A stretch of DNA of 64,000 nt, taken from Dehalococcoidia bacterium. Its GTDB lineage: Bacteria > Chloroflexota > Dehalococcoidia > Plut-88900. The DNA is taken from assembly GCA_965197645.1 (NCBI GenBank), contig OZ240219.1, positions 2,784,001-2,848,000 on the forward strand. The letters run 5' to 3'. The notes beneath the pieces were generated by a model that was not told the DNA's origin, did no database searches, and saw only the letters and a program-made list of their open reading frames with translations. Of the stretch, positions 20,284 to 29,916 are shown in pieces (the first letter of the stretch is position 1; every line of letters begins with the position of its first letter). A program made the translations under genes and the position numbers.

Positions 20284-21267
20284 CTAGTTCGCTACCACGC
20301 GGATTACCCAGACGCCGGGAAGGCCATCCATCATCAGGCTCCAGCTATCGCCGCCATCCTCGCTCCGGTAGATCTCGCCATCGGTGTTGCCGGCATAGAC
20401 CACGTCGGGATTGTTGGGGTCAATGGTCAGGCCCCGCACCATGCCGTGGAACATATCTGGCAGGCCGTTGGTGAGAGGTTCCCACGTATCCCCCGCATCG
20501 TTGCTGCGGTAGATTATCGCCTCGGCGCCGGTGGGACGGCTGAAGCTGGGGGGCGGATCGCTGGCGGCTGCAGTGAACACCACCTGCGGATCGTCCGGCC
20601 TGACCACCACCGGATGAGTGTAATCGTTATTGATCCCTTCGAAAGCAAACTTCCAGGTCTTGGCCCGGTCCGTAGAACGATAGAAGCCCTCCCCCGTGGT
20701 GGAGTAGACGATGTCCGGATTGCCCGGATTGCCCAGCAGGTAGTGAACGTCCTCGTAGATGCCCTCGCCGTACTCCTCCCACGTATCGCCGCCGTCCAGG
20801 CTGCGGAGAATTCCTCCCACCTCGACACCGGCGAACACCGTCTGAGGATCTCCCGCCACAAAGCTGAACGTCCTGACGTGAGCAACGAAGGGCGGCGCCG
20901 GGAAGGACCAGTTGGAGTAGTTGGGGACCTCCTTGACCTCGGTCAGCTCCTGCCAGCTGTTGCCGCCGTCCAAGCTGCGGAAGACGCCGGCGGGTTCGGT
21001 GCCGGCGAACAGCACCGATGGATCGTGGGGCGAGACCGCCAGCCCGCGGACATCAGCCTCCAGGGTCCTGCTCCACGAGTTCAAAGCGCCCTCCGATTTG
21101 TACACCCCGTCCCGCGGCAGACCGGTGTACAGCCTGCCACTCTCGGTAAGCTCCAGCTTCTCGATGAACTTGTCCTCCAGCCCCGAGTCTGTCGTCTCCC
21201 ACGAGCCGTTGCCGCCCTCCAGGGCCAAGATGCCGGACTCGGTGCCTATGTACAGCTTTGTACCCAT
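20284..21267 (-). CDS. BNR/Asp-box beta-propeller protein (YCF48/WD40-like)
   Basis: Repeated RSxDGGxTW Asp-boxes. Confidence 0.8.
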   Translation of the reverse strand: MGTKLYIGTESGILALEGGNGSWETTDSGLEDKFIEKLELTESGRLYTGLPRDGVYKSEGALNSWSRTLEADVRGLAVSPHDPSVLFAGTEPAGVFRSLDGGNSWQELTEVKEVPNYSNWSFPAPPFVAHVRTFSFVAGDPQTVFAGVEVGGILRSLDGGDTWEEYGEGIYEDVHYLLGNPGNPDIVYSTTGEGFYRSTDRAKTWKFAFEGINNDYTHPVVVRPDDPQVVFTAAASDPPPSFSRPTGAEAIIYRSNDAGDTWEPLTNGLPDMFHGMVRGLTIDPNNPDVVYAGNTDGEIYRSEDGGDSWSLMMDGLPGVWVIRVVAN

Positions 21268-21499
21268 ACCTTCGCTCCCTCCCTTATCCATCTGCGTCTC
21301 CACGGAGTCCTGGGGAATTTCTAACATTATATAGTATTAGCGCCGTACACTTTTCCAGTAGAGGCCTGAATTCCATCCCAAAGACCGGGTGAGCGCCGAC
21401 CACTTGACCTGTCGGTCTGCGAACCTTAAACTAACGATAGTTAGTTGTAAGGTTAGTCTGTAGAGAAACCACCGAAACGCAACACGAGGGAGAAGAGGC

Positions 21500-21844
21500 A
21501 TGATCACGGTAACACCCGTAGCTCTTGGCAAGATCAAGGAGTTCATGGTAGAGCAGGACGAGGCGGAAGCATCCCTCAGGGTGATGATAGCCGGGATGGG
21601 CTGCGGCGGACCTCAGTACATGATGAGCTTGGACGACGAGACCAAGGAAGAAGACCTCCAAGTCCAGCACGACGGCATCACTATCATCGTCGACCCTCAG
21701 AGCGCCCCAATGCTCGAGGGCTCGGAGATCGACTTCGTCGAGTCTCTGGACAAGTCCGGCTTTACGGTCAACAACCCCAACTTCGAGATGCCTGCCGGTG
21801 GTGGCGGCTGCGGAGGTAACTGCTCCTGCGGACGCGGCGGCTAG
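21500..21844 (+). CDS. HesB/IscA/ErpA-family Fe-S assembly protein
   Basis: GMGCGGPQY, IDFVESL..SGF...NPN and C-terminal CGGNCSCG. Confidence 0.85.
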   Translation: MITVTPVALGKIKEFMVEQDEAEASLRVMIAGMGCGGPQYMMSLDDETKEEDLQVQHDGITIIVDPQSAPMLEGSEIDFVESLDKSGFTVNNPNFEMPAGGGGCGGNCSCGRGG

Positions 21845-21867
21845 ACCCGTTTCCTCCAAACGACTTC

Positions 21868-21902
21868 AAAGGGCCGGCCCGATGTAATCGGGCCGGCCCT
21901 TT
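21868..21902. terminator. Bidirectional intrinsic terminator
   Basis: aaagggccggcccgat-gta-atcgggccggcccttt perfect 16-bp inverted repeat between convergent genes. Confidence 0.85.
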
Positions 21903-21921
21903 AGCTTTCCAACGAGCTCGA

Positions 21922-22419
21922 CTACAGACTGCCGCCCATGAAGTCCAGCGCCAGCTGCAACGCTCTATCGGCAGTGCGGTTCATGTTTCCCACCCGGTCC
22001 GTCGAGTTCCAGTTCTCCTCGATGACGAACTCCCGACCGTCACGGCTGGCCAGGGCTATTGTTACCTCACCGGGCATCTTGCCGCTCCGCCCGCCCGTAG
22101 GCCCCGCCCATCCCGACTCTGCCAGGGCGATGTCGCTATCCGTAAAGGTGCGCACGCCTCTGGCCAGGGCCTTGACCACGTTGGGCCCGCCCGGCCCTTC
22201 CTCGTCCATCAGGCTGCTCGAAACCCCACCGATATCCTTCCATAGGGCCATGCTCTCGTAGCAGATGATGCCGCCTACGAAGAACCTGGAGGCGCCCGGC
22301 ACCGAGATCAGCTTGCTTCCCAGCAGTCCTCCCGTGTCCACCTCCCCGACGCTGACCGTCCAGCCCCTCTCCAACAGCTGTTGCGCTACCGCTTCTGCCA
22401 GGTCCGGCTTTCCCGTCAT
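21922..22419 (-). CDS. CinA/PncC-family protein
   Basis: EVDTGGLL, PGASRFFVGG and SGWAGPTGG. Confidence 0.8.
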   Translation of the reverse strand: MTGKPDLAEAVAQQLLERGWTVSVGEVDTGGLLGSKLISVPGASRFFVGGIICYESMALWKDIGGVSSSLMDEEGPGGPNVVKALARGVRTFTDSDIALAESGWAGPTGGRSGKMPGEVTIALASRDGREFVIEENWNSTDRVGNMNRTADRALQLALDFMGGSL

Positions 22420-22443
22420 GGCGATGGTCCTTCGGCTCCAGCG

Positions 22444-24462
22444 TTACGGCTGGACCCGTTTGCGTTTGTTGGATATGTAGTCGACCAGGATATACTCGCC
22501 GAGCCGCTCCGGCGTGGTGTAGAAGGCCCGGCCCTTGTTGATCTTCGTTACCTGGTTGACGAAATCCATCAGATAGTAGCTGGTGTCCAGCATGAAGATG
22601 TTTAGCGTGATGGCATCACGAGTGACCCGTTTGACCTCCCGGAGAGTGGCCTGGACCGTTTCCATGCTGGGGGGATACCAGAAGAAGGCCTGGTTGTCTT
22701 CCAGGTGGGCCGTGGGTTCGCCGTCGGTGACCATTATTATCTGCTTGTTATCGCACTTTCGCTTGGCCAAGAGCTTCCGAGCCAGCATCAGGGCGTGATG
22801 CATGTTGGTGCCGGGATAGTCTCCAGCGCAGTCGACTTCGGGTAGCATCTCGGCCTTCAGCTCCTGGGCGTACGCCGCGAACCCGATTATGTAGAAATCG
22901 TCCCGGGGGAACTGGGTAGTTATCAGGCTCTGCAGAGCCAGGGCCACCTTCTTGGCTCCAAACCAAGCGCCGCTTATGTCCATCGAGCGGCTCTGGTCCA
23001 GCAGCAGTACCGTAGCGCTGCGTGTGACGTGCTCCGGGCGGTAGATCTCCAGGTCCTCCGGGAGGAGCTTCACCGGCACCCCGGCACCTCCCCTCTCGAC
23101 CGCGTTGAGTAGGGTCTTTTGCATATGAATAGAGAAGGGGTCTCCGTACTCGTAGGTCTTGGTCTCGTCTATGTCCTCAACCGCCAGACCCCGATTGCGT
23201 ATGTCGTGGGCCCCTTGCCTGTCTTTTTTCAAGTTCTGGAATATGTCTCGAAGGGCCTTCTGACCTATGCGTCGCAGCCCCTTGGGAGTCAGCTCCAGCC
23301 GGTTGCCTCTGTGACGGATGTATCCCGCCTCCTCCAGCTCCTTCACCAGGTTTTCCAGCGCCTCGATCTCCTGTCTAGCCTCATCTCCTAGGACCTGCTG
23401 GATCTTCTCCGTATCGATCCCCTCCAGGGCACGGCTACGCATCGCCTGTTCCAGCTGCTTCTCCAGCGATTCCACATCCTGGAGCTGCTCCATCAGCTTC
23501 ATCGCCTCTTCCCAGGAGACCTGCTCTTCTCCCTGGAAGGGGTACAGGTCTCGAAACTCCTCCGAGGGGAACAGTGACTCCAAGTTCATTGCCATTTCGC
23601 CCAGCAGGTCCCGAAGCTCGTTGTCCAGTATTTGAGACTCCAACAGGTCCTGCAGGGACTGCTGCATCTCCGGCGAGAGGCTGTCCATCAAAGACTGCAT
23701 CTGGCCTATCTGTCTCTGGAGCTGCTCTATGAAGTCCTCCAGGTTATCGGGAGCTCCGGGGAAGAACTGGCCGTACCGCTGCATAAAGCCCTGGTAGTCG
23801 GGATCGAGGCCCATGCGCTGTTGCTCCATCATCTCGTTCAGCGCCTGGAGCATGTCTTTCATGGCGTCGAGCTGCTCCGGAGTCATCTGCTTGAGCCGCT
23901 CCTCCATGTCCTTGACGTAAGGCTCCAGCATTCGCTGGCGGAGCATATCGAGGAGCTCTTGGAACTCCTGGCGCGCCTCGTCATCGACGAAATCGTAGTC
24001 GCTCAGTGCTTTGACGGTGCCACCGAAGCTGTCCGGCAGATCGTCGAGGAACTGTTGCTTCTTCGATACCATATCTTCGAGCAGCTTCTTGAGGCTATCG
24101 CCGTCTTCTACGTCAGCCGGCGCCTCCTTGGAGGCGTCATCCATCCTCTTCTCCAGCCCCTCCCGCTCCTTCTGTACTATCGAGTCCAGCTTGTCCTTCA
24201 GCTCATCGAACATCGAGTCCAGGTTGTATTGGCCCAGCTGCTGGTCCCGCTTCTGCTTGAGGCGCTTCAGCAGGTCTTTCAGTCCGGCCATGCGCTGACC
24301 CTGGCGGGTGGTCATGCCCCGCTCCATCATTCGTCTCATGGCGGTCTGCAGATCGCCGTAAGTGAGCAGGTCCTGCTCCAATGCGTCAAGCAGCTCCTCC
24401 GGGGCTATCTGGAAGGGTTCACTGCTGCCGTCCCAACGTGAGTATCTGTAGCTAATGACCAT
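22444..24462 (-). CDS. VWA-domain protein with coiled-coil N-terminus (Rv0959-like)
   Basis: YRYSRWDG N-terminus; MIDAS DQSRSM, GTN and VTDGEPT. Confidence 0.85.
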   Translation of the reverse strand: MVISYRYSRWDGSSEPFQIAPEELLDALEQDLLTYGDLQTAMRRMMERGMTTRQGQRMAGLKDLLKRLKQKRDQQLGQYNLDSMFDELKDKLDSIVQKEREGLEKRMDDASKEAPADVEDGDSLKKLLEDMVSKKQQFLDDLPDSFGGTVKALSDYDFVDDEARQEFQELLDMLRQRMLEPYVKDMEERLKQMTPEQLDAMKDMLQALNEMMEQQRMGLDPDYQGFMQRYGQFFPGAPDNLEDFIEQLQRQIGQMQSLMDSLSPEMQQSLQDLLESQILDNELRDLLGEMAMNLESLFPSEEFRDLYPFQGEEQVSWEEAMKLMEQLQDVESLEKQLEQAMRSRALEGIDTEKIQQVLGDEARQEIEALENLVKELEEAGYIRHRGNRLELTPKGLRRIGQKALRDIFQNLKKDRQGAHDIRNRGLAVEDIDETKTYEYGDPFSIHMQKTLLNAVERGGAGVPVKLLPEDLEIYRPEHVTRSATVLLLDQSRSMDISGAWFGAKKVALALQSLITTQFPRDDFYIIGFAAYAQELKAEMLPEVDCAGDYPGTNMHHALMLARKLLAKRKCDNKQIIMVTDGEPTAHLEDNQAFFWYPPSMETVQATLREVKRVTRDAITLNIFMLDTSYYLMDFVNQVTKINKGRAFYTTPERLGEYILVDYISNKRKRVQP

Positions 24463-24585
24463 CTTGTCCTCTGGCCGTCTGCTCAGGCGTCCACTTCGTC
24501 GAGCCGTCCCTTGCAGGATACCACAGACCACCGACTTGAAGTCCGTCTCCCCGCTATTTGTTGCGCTGTCCGGTCCCAGCCGGCT

Positions 24586-25509
24586 TTACGTCCTCAAGCT
24601 TGCCACGGTGGCCTCGAGACCCTCTGCCAGGTGCATCCGGGGCCTCCATCCCAGCTCCCGCTCGGCTTTCGAGCAGTCGAGGTAGGTCCTCATCACCTCC
24701 CCGTCTCTGGGCGGGGCGTAGTAGGGTTCTTGCGCGAAACCGGTGATTCGCTTCAGAAGTTGAAAAATGGAGTTAACCGTCGTACCCACTCCGGTGCCGA
24801 TGTTGTAGGCCTGACCGTCGCCCTTCTCCATACACCGCAGACAGGCGTCCACCACGTCCTCTACGTATACGAAGTCCCGCTCCTGGTCACCGGTGCCGAA
24901 GATAGTAACCCTCTCTTGTTTGAGCAGCAGCTCGGTGAAGATGGCCACCACGCCGGCCTCTCCGTGAGGGTCCTGTCTCGGGCCGTAGACGTTGGCAAAT
25001 CGCAGGGTGGTGTACCTCAGCCCGGACAGCCGGTTGTAGGTGGGCAGATACAGCTCGACGGCCAGCTTGGAAATGCCGTAGGGCGACATGGGGTTCAACG
25101 GGTGCGATTCGGCACAGGGCAACGTTCGGGGCTCGCCGTAAATCGCTCCGCCGCTGGATATGTTGATGAGCTTCTCCACCTCGTTGTTCCGGCAGTGGTC
25201 CAACAGATGGAGCGATCCGATCAAGTTAACGTCCGCGTCCTGGGTCGGCTGGCCCATGGATACGGCTATGCTGGTCTGGGCCGCAAAGTGGAAGACGAAC
25301 CGAGGCTGCTCTTCCTGGAACACCCGGCCGAGCCTCGGGTCCCGGATATCCAGGTCTATTAGCTGGGCCTCTCCGTTGACGTTGTCCTGCTTACCCACGA
25401 CCAGGTTGTCTACCGCCAGAACCTGGAACCCTCGCTCGACCAGAAGGTCCACCATATGGGAGCCTATGAAACCAGCCCCACCGGTCACCATAACCTTGTC
25501 GCCAGCCAT
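24586..25509 (-). CDS. NAD-dependent epimerase/dehydratase (GalE-like)
   Basis: TGGAGFIGSH, YGISK and NVYGPRQDPHGEAGVV. Confidence 0.9.
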   Translation of the reverse strand: MAGDKVMVTGGAGFIGSHMVDLLVERGFQVLAVDNLVVGKQDNVNGEAQLIDLDIRDPRLGRVFQEEQPRFVFHFAAQTSIAVSMGQPTQDADVNLIGSLHLLDHCRNNEVEKLINISSGGAIYGEPRTLPCAESHPLNPMSPYGISKLAVELYLPTYNRLSGLRYTTLRFANVYGPRQDPHGEAGVVAIFTELLLKQERVTIFGTGDQERDFVYVEDVVDACLRCMEKGDGQAYNIGTGVGTTVNSIFQLLKRITGFAQEPYYAPPRDGEVMRTYLDCSKAERELGWRPRMHLAEGLEATVASLRT

Positions 25510-25715
25510 CTCGATTACGCCTCCAGCCGACCTTAGCCACTAGCCTTACGAACTGAGGCCGATTTTATCACCTCTCACAACTGGAATGGGTGAGGATGTT
25601 GGACGTTTACTTGGACACCTACTATCATTGGCGCAGCGTTGTTCAGGGGGACCTGAGTTCTTCAGGTGCTCCAGCGTTTTTCGGGACTGTAAGGGAGTTT
25701 TCGGAATAGGTCGTA

Positions 25716-26921
25716 ATGAGTGTAGCCGCACCCGGGCGTCGTAAATTCTTCTTTTTGTTCGCGCTGCCCGCAGGTCATGCCAGCGTCGACTGGCTGGGTT
25801 CCGGAATGTTCCTTCTGGCCCCTGCCATCGCCTTTCACGGCTCGGAAATCAGCCCGGTCCAGATAGGGCTTCTCTTCACCATACGCACCGTCGTCTCCAG
25901 CATGGCCTACATCCCGGCAGGGCTGATGGGCGACAGCATGCGCCGACAAGGCCCTACCATGTTGACCACGTTCTGGTGGGTGGGTCTTGCAGGAGTGGGC
26001 GCCGCCTTTGCCCCCAACTACTGGCTGCTGGTCCTGGCGCTGACCTTCAGCACCTGTGGCAGCACCTTCTGGCACCCCTTCGCCATGGGGTCTATGGCCC
26101 AGCAGATGCCGGAACGCAGGGCCACAGCCATGGCGGTCCACGGCGCGGGCGGCACCGTTGCCGAAGTCTTCGCTCCCCTGCTGATCGGCTTTCTCCTCGC
26201 AACCACGGGGTGGCGGGAAACGTTGTTCATCAACGCTCTGTTTCCTCTCTTGGCCGGCATCGCCCTCATCCAGCTGCGCTCCCTGACCCGAACCGATGGC
26301 GAGACCAGCATATCCATGAAGGACTTCAAGCAGCTGGCCCGGTTCGCCAAGCGACCGGTAGCCCTGGGTATCCTGCTCGCCATGGTGTTGTTCAACATGT
26401 CCACAATAGCTTTCATGAGCATGACGCCCCTCTACCTGAAAGAGGTAAAGCTGTTCTCCTCCGTAGAGGCGGGCATAACCTTAGCGGCTCTGCTGCTTGC
26501 AGGAACCATCGGTTCCCTGCCCATCGGAGCGCTGTCGGACCGCCTGGGTAGAAGACCCGTCGGGCTGGTGGGCCTAGGCATCGGAGGCGCCGCCCTGTGG
26601 GCCGTGACGTTGGCGCCGGGAAACGTCCTGATGGTCGGTGCGATGCTGGTAGCCGGATTCTGCATGATCTCGATGCGGGCGATACTAACGGCCGCGGCCC
26701 TGGACGTAATGCGCCAGCGAGAAGCCACTGTTATCGGGTTCCTATTCGCCATCGGCGAGGGGGTGGGGGCCGTGGGCAGCGTTATCGCCGGAGTCATAGG
26801 GGCCGTCAGTTTGAGCTGGGCGCTGGTCTTCGCCGCTATCCTCGCCTTTGGCGCTGCGGCTGTTATGGGAGCAGTCCCGTTGAACCGGACATCCATGAAA
26901 CCCATTCCTCCAACCCGGTAG
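25716..26921 (+). CDS. MFS transporter
   Basis: About 12 TM segments; GALSDRLGRR motif. Confidence 0.85.
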   Translation: MSVAAPGRRKFFFLFALPAGHASVDWLGSGMFLLAPAIAFHGSEISPVQIGLLFTIRTVVSSMAYIPAGLMGDSMRRQGPTMLTTFWWVGLAGVGAAFAPNYWLLVLALTFSTCGSTFWHPFAMGSMAQQMPERRATAMAVHGAGGTVAEVFAPLLIGFLLATTGWRETLFINALFPLLAGIALIQLRSLTRTDGETSISMKDFKQLARFAKRPVALGILLAMVLFNMSTIAFMSMTPLYLKEVKLFSSVEAGITLAALLLAGTIGSLPIGALSDRLGRRPVGLVGLGIGGAALWAVTLAPGNVLMVGAMLVAGFCMISMRAILTAAALDVMRQREATVIGFLFAIGEGVGAVGSVIAGVIGAVSLSWALVFAAILAFGAAAVMGAVPLNRTSMKPIPPTR

Positions 26922-27008
26922 GTCGCATACTACGCCTTCCGCCGTTTGCATTCCCACCCCTGATCTCATATATTGGGCGTCGGGCCCGACCCAGTCGATA
27001 CCTTACCC

Positions 27009-28049
27009 ATGACCTCAACCGGAGAAAGTACAGGCACGGCTCCGAATATCGTCGTTATCGGCGGTGGCACCGGTAACTACGTCGTGCTCAAAGGCCTCAA
27101 GCAACACACACCCAACCTCACCGCTATTGTCGCCATGAGCGATAGTGGAGGAAGCTCCGGACGCCTGCGGGACGAGCTGGGTCATCTGCCCCCCGGCGAC
27201 CTGAGACAGTGCCTGGTTGCCCTGGCCCCGGACAGCCACTCTGACCTCATCCTTCGCCAGCTGTTCGACTATCGCTTCGACCGGGGCACAGGCCTGGAGG
27301 GCCACAGCTTCGGCAACCTGTTCCTAGCCGCGCTAACAGAGATTTCCGGCAGCATCGCCGACGCCATCCTGGAGGCCGGCAGAATGCTCAATATCAAGGG
27401 CAGGGTCTTGCCGGTGACCCTGACCAAGACCAACCTTCACGCCAAGCTGGTTGATGGCTCCGAGGTGATCGGAGAAGCCAGCATCGACGTCCGGCGGGAG
27501 AAAGTCGGCGTCCGAATCGACTACGTTTACCTGAGTCCCAAGGCCTACATACATCCTCCGGCCATCACGGCTATCCAGGAGGCGGACCTGGTAATCATGG
27601 GCCCTGGAGACCTGTACACCAGCATCATCCCCAATCTGCTCGTCGACGGTCTCAGTGACGCCATCCGCCACTCCAATGCCCAGGTGGTGCACGTATGTAA
27701 CCTGATGACCAAGCCCGGCGAGTCCGATTCCTTCAAGGCCTCCGACTTTGTGAAGGAGGTCACGGAGTACATGGGCGCCGGCGCCCGCATCGATCACCTG
27801 CTTCTCAATACCGCTCCCATGCCGCAGAAGCTGGTGGACCGGTACAAACGAGCCGATGCCTACCCCGTGGAAGCGGACATCGACGAGTGCCGGGCCATCG
27901 TGCCCAACATCGTCCAGCTGCCGATGCTCGCTTCAGGGGCCACCCTGCGCCACGACTCCTATGCCCTCGCTCAAGCGATCATGGAGATAGCAGGGTCGGC
28001 GTCCTTCCGATCGAAGGACGCCACCGGGGCCGAGCTGGCCGCCGGTTAG
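27009..28049 (+). CDS. yvcK: YvcK/CofD-like gluconeogenesis factor
   Basis: GGGTG, DSGGSSGRLR, GHSFGNL and GPGDLYTSIIPN. Confidence 0.9.
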   Translation: MTSTGESTGTAPNIVVIGGGTGNYVVLKGLKQHTPNLTAIVAMSDSGGSSGRLRDELGHLPPGDLRQCLVALAPDSHSDLILRQLFDYRFDRGTGLEGHSFGNLFLAALTEISGSIADAILEAGRMLNIKGRVLPVTLTKTNLHAKLVDGSEVIGEASIDVRREKVGVRIDYVYLSPKAYIHPPAITAIQEADLVIMGPGDLYTSIIPNLLVDGLSDAIRHSNAQVVHVCNLMTKPGESDSFKASDFVKEVTEYMGAGARIDHLLLNTAPMPQKLVDRYKRADAYPVEADIDECRAIVPNIVQLPMLASGATLRHDSYALAQAIMEIAGSASFRSKDATGAELAAG

Positions 28050-28057
28050 CTCACCCC

Positions 28058-28107
28058 CCGCCCGGTCTGTTTGCCCTGCCACCCACCCCGGATTGCATCC
28101 GTAGGCG
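28058..28107. repeat. Intergenic repeat family D (ccc..ccaccccggattgcatccgtaggc)
   Basis: Recurs at about 31630-31680 and, inverted, at about 54760-54810. Confidence 0.75.
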
Positions 28108-28157
28108 TCATGCCCCCTACCTCAAGAAGGGTCTTACTTACGAGGAAATCAATCGTG

Positions 28158-28163
28158 TATACT
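28158..28163 (+). promoter_or_regulatory. Putative -10 element (TATACT) of the retron operon
   Basis: Located 5 nt before the first arm of the a1/a2 repeat; weak -35 (TTACTT at 28134). Confidence 0.45.
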
Positions 28164-28168
28164 TCCAA

Positions 28169-28318
28169 ATGAGTCGCCTGCAGCACAGGATTAATCGTTG
28201 CCGCTGATCCAGCGGTGACCTTTGCCGAGGTTGGCTCTACGCTCGGTGCTGAGTCAGTATCCATGATTCCACTGGCACCATTTCCGAGGAAAGCGAAATT
28301 CAGTTGCAGGCGACTCAT
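28169..28318 (+). ncRNA. Retron msr-msd non-coding RNA
   Basis: ATGAGTCGCCTGCA (28169-28182) and TGCAGGCGACTCAT (28305-28318) form a perfect inverted repeat; internal hairpins at 28201-28215, 28224-28247, 28245-28279 and 28281-28292; directly upstream of the RT. Confidence 0.8.
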
Positions 28319-28323
28319 ATTTT

Positions 28324-29916
28324 ATGTTTGACGCACAAAACATCAAGCCAGCACTAACTCGAAGCTCCGACCAATTTCAGGAGCTATTTTGGACCCTCAA
28401 ACGGCCTGAAGACATAGCTGACATGCTCGAAGTCTCCTATCGTGATCTCAACTATTGGATCTATCGCACCCCTGAACCGAGACGATACAGTGCATTTCTT
28501 GTTCCCAAAAAGAGTGGAGGGTCGCGCAGGATTGATATACCCAACACCAATATCAAGATATTGCAAAAGAAATTGAACCAGGTGTTGCGGTCAGTCTATC
28601 GTACCAAGCCGAGTGTGCATGGATTCGTAGTGGGGAAGAGCGTACGGTCTAACGCCCAGCAACATGTAGGGAAGCGTTGGGTATTCAATATCGATCTTCA
28701 AGACTTCTTCCCCTCGATCAACTTCGGACGAGTACGGGGCATGTTCATGGGTAAGCCGTACCACCTGCCCGAGAAAGTGGCAACCGTATTAGCCCATCTT
28801 TGTTGCTTCCAGGGCCATCTTCCGCAAGGTGCTCCCACGTCTCCGGTCATCAGCAACATGATCTGTGCCCAGATGGATAGCCAGTTGCAGCAACTAGCTC
28901 AGAGGAATGGCTCAATTTACACTCGATACGCCGATGACATAACGTTCTCTACTAATTGGAACAGGGTTCCGCTGGAGATATCCGCCACCAACAGCGTAAA
29001 TCAGATAATCCCAGGAGATAAACTCCGCCAGACAGTCGAGCAAAACGGTTTTTCAATAAACAGCAGGAAGGTGTGGTTGCGCGGCCGACACCGTCGGCAA
29101 GTAGTGACAGGTGTTACGGTCAACGATTACCCGAATTTGCCGCGGAAATTCACGAATCAGATACGGGCGATGTTATACGCATGGAGGGAACATGGGCTAT
29201 GTGCGGCCCAAGAACATTGGGCGAAAAAGCACTCTACCAAGCATCGAGTTTCTTGGCGAACCTATCATCAATTCAAGCGAGCTCTAAAGGGTAAGATTGA
29301 GTATTTGGGGATGATAAAGGGTCAAGATTCCCACACCTATCTTAAGTTTCTTGACCAATTGGGTGACTTGGACATCACCCTTACTCACGGAAAAGGAACA
29401 CCGTTACGGCAGCTCCTTCGACGTTATGACCAGTTATCGATTGAGAATGAATTGATTAGCCACCAGGCCCGAGGCTATTGTCTTGAAGAGATTATGAATG
29501 GTTTGTTTGAGCTGTCCGGGATTCTGGTTAAGGCCAGCTTCACCAGGAACGCAGGCGGTGAACAGATCGATGGGGCATTCGAGTTCGGAGGCTGGTACTA
29601 CTTGGTCGAGTGCCGATGGCGGTCCAAGAAAGCAAGTAAGAGTGATGTAGACGGGCTACGGGGCAAGTTAGATCTGTCCGGCGCTCAGACAATGGGTTTG
29701 TTCATTTCGGTAAACGGATGGTCTCAACATGTCGTGAATCTGCTCAAACAGACTCCAGATAAGAAAGTGTTGTTAATGAACGGGGACGATATTCGTGCGG
29801 TGTTAAAGAAAGACATTTCTTTTGGTTCCCTGCTTCAGGCTAAAGTCGAAGCACTGAATCTTCAATCCGAGCCCTTTGTTGGTGTCGCCGACATCCTCTC
29901 GAAGGAGTCTCTTTAG
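28324..29916 (+). CDS. Retron reverse transcriptase fused to a C-terminal Mrr-like PD-(D/E)xK endonuclease domain
   Basis: NAQQH (region X), DLQDFFPSI, LPQGAPTSP, YADD and VTG (region Y); C-terminal RGYCLEE...EQIDG...YLVECRW...GLFISVNGW. Confidence 0.9.
   Translation: MFDAQNIKPALTRSSDQFQELFWTLKRPEDIADMLEVSYRDLNYWIYRTPEPRRYSAFLVPKKSGGSRRIDIPNTNIKILQKKLNQVLRSVYRTKPSVHGFVVGKSVRSNAQQHVGKRWVFNIDLQDFFPSINFGRVRGMFMGKPYHLPEKVATVLAHLCCFQGHLPQGAPTSPVISNMICAQMDSQLQQLAQRNGSIYTRYADDITFSTNWNRVPLEISATNSVNQIIPGDKLRQTVEQNGFSINSRKVWLRGRHRRQVVTGVTVNDYPNLPRKFTNQIRAMLYAWREHGLCAAQEHWAKKHSTKHRVSWRTYHQFKRALKGKIEYLGMIKGQDSHTYLKFLDQLGDLDITLTHGKGTPLRQLLRRYDQLSIENELISHQARGYCLEEIMNGLFELSGILVKASFTRNAGGEQIDGAFEFGGWYYLVECRWRSKKASKSDVDGLRGKLDLSGAQTMGLFISVNGWSQHVVNLLKQTPDKKVLLMNGDDIRAVLKKDISFGSLLQAKVEALNLQSEPFVGVADILSKESL

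Noticed and set aside
21500-21844. HesB-like protein as a third selenoprotein
   Set aside because: The GxCGG position is TGC (Cys) and there is no in-frame TGA.
27887-28318. ORFs 27887..28207 (+) and 28046..28318 (-) as a retron accessory gene
   Set aside because: They overlap yvcK, a REP-like repeat and the structured ncRNA, and have no clear RBS or protein-like features.
28324-29916. RT as a group II intron, DGR or Abi RT
   Set aside because: It has retron NAxxH and VTG motifs and an upstream a1/a2 repeat. No intron domain V, no TR/VR pair or avd gene, and no interrupted host gene were seen.
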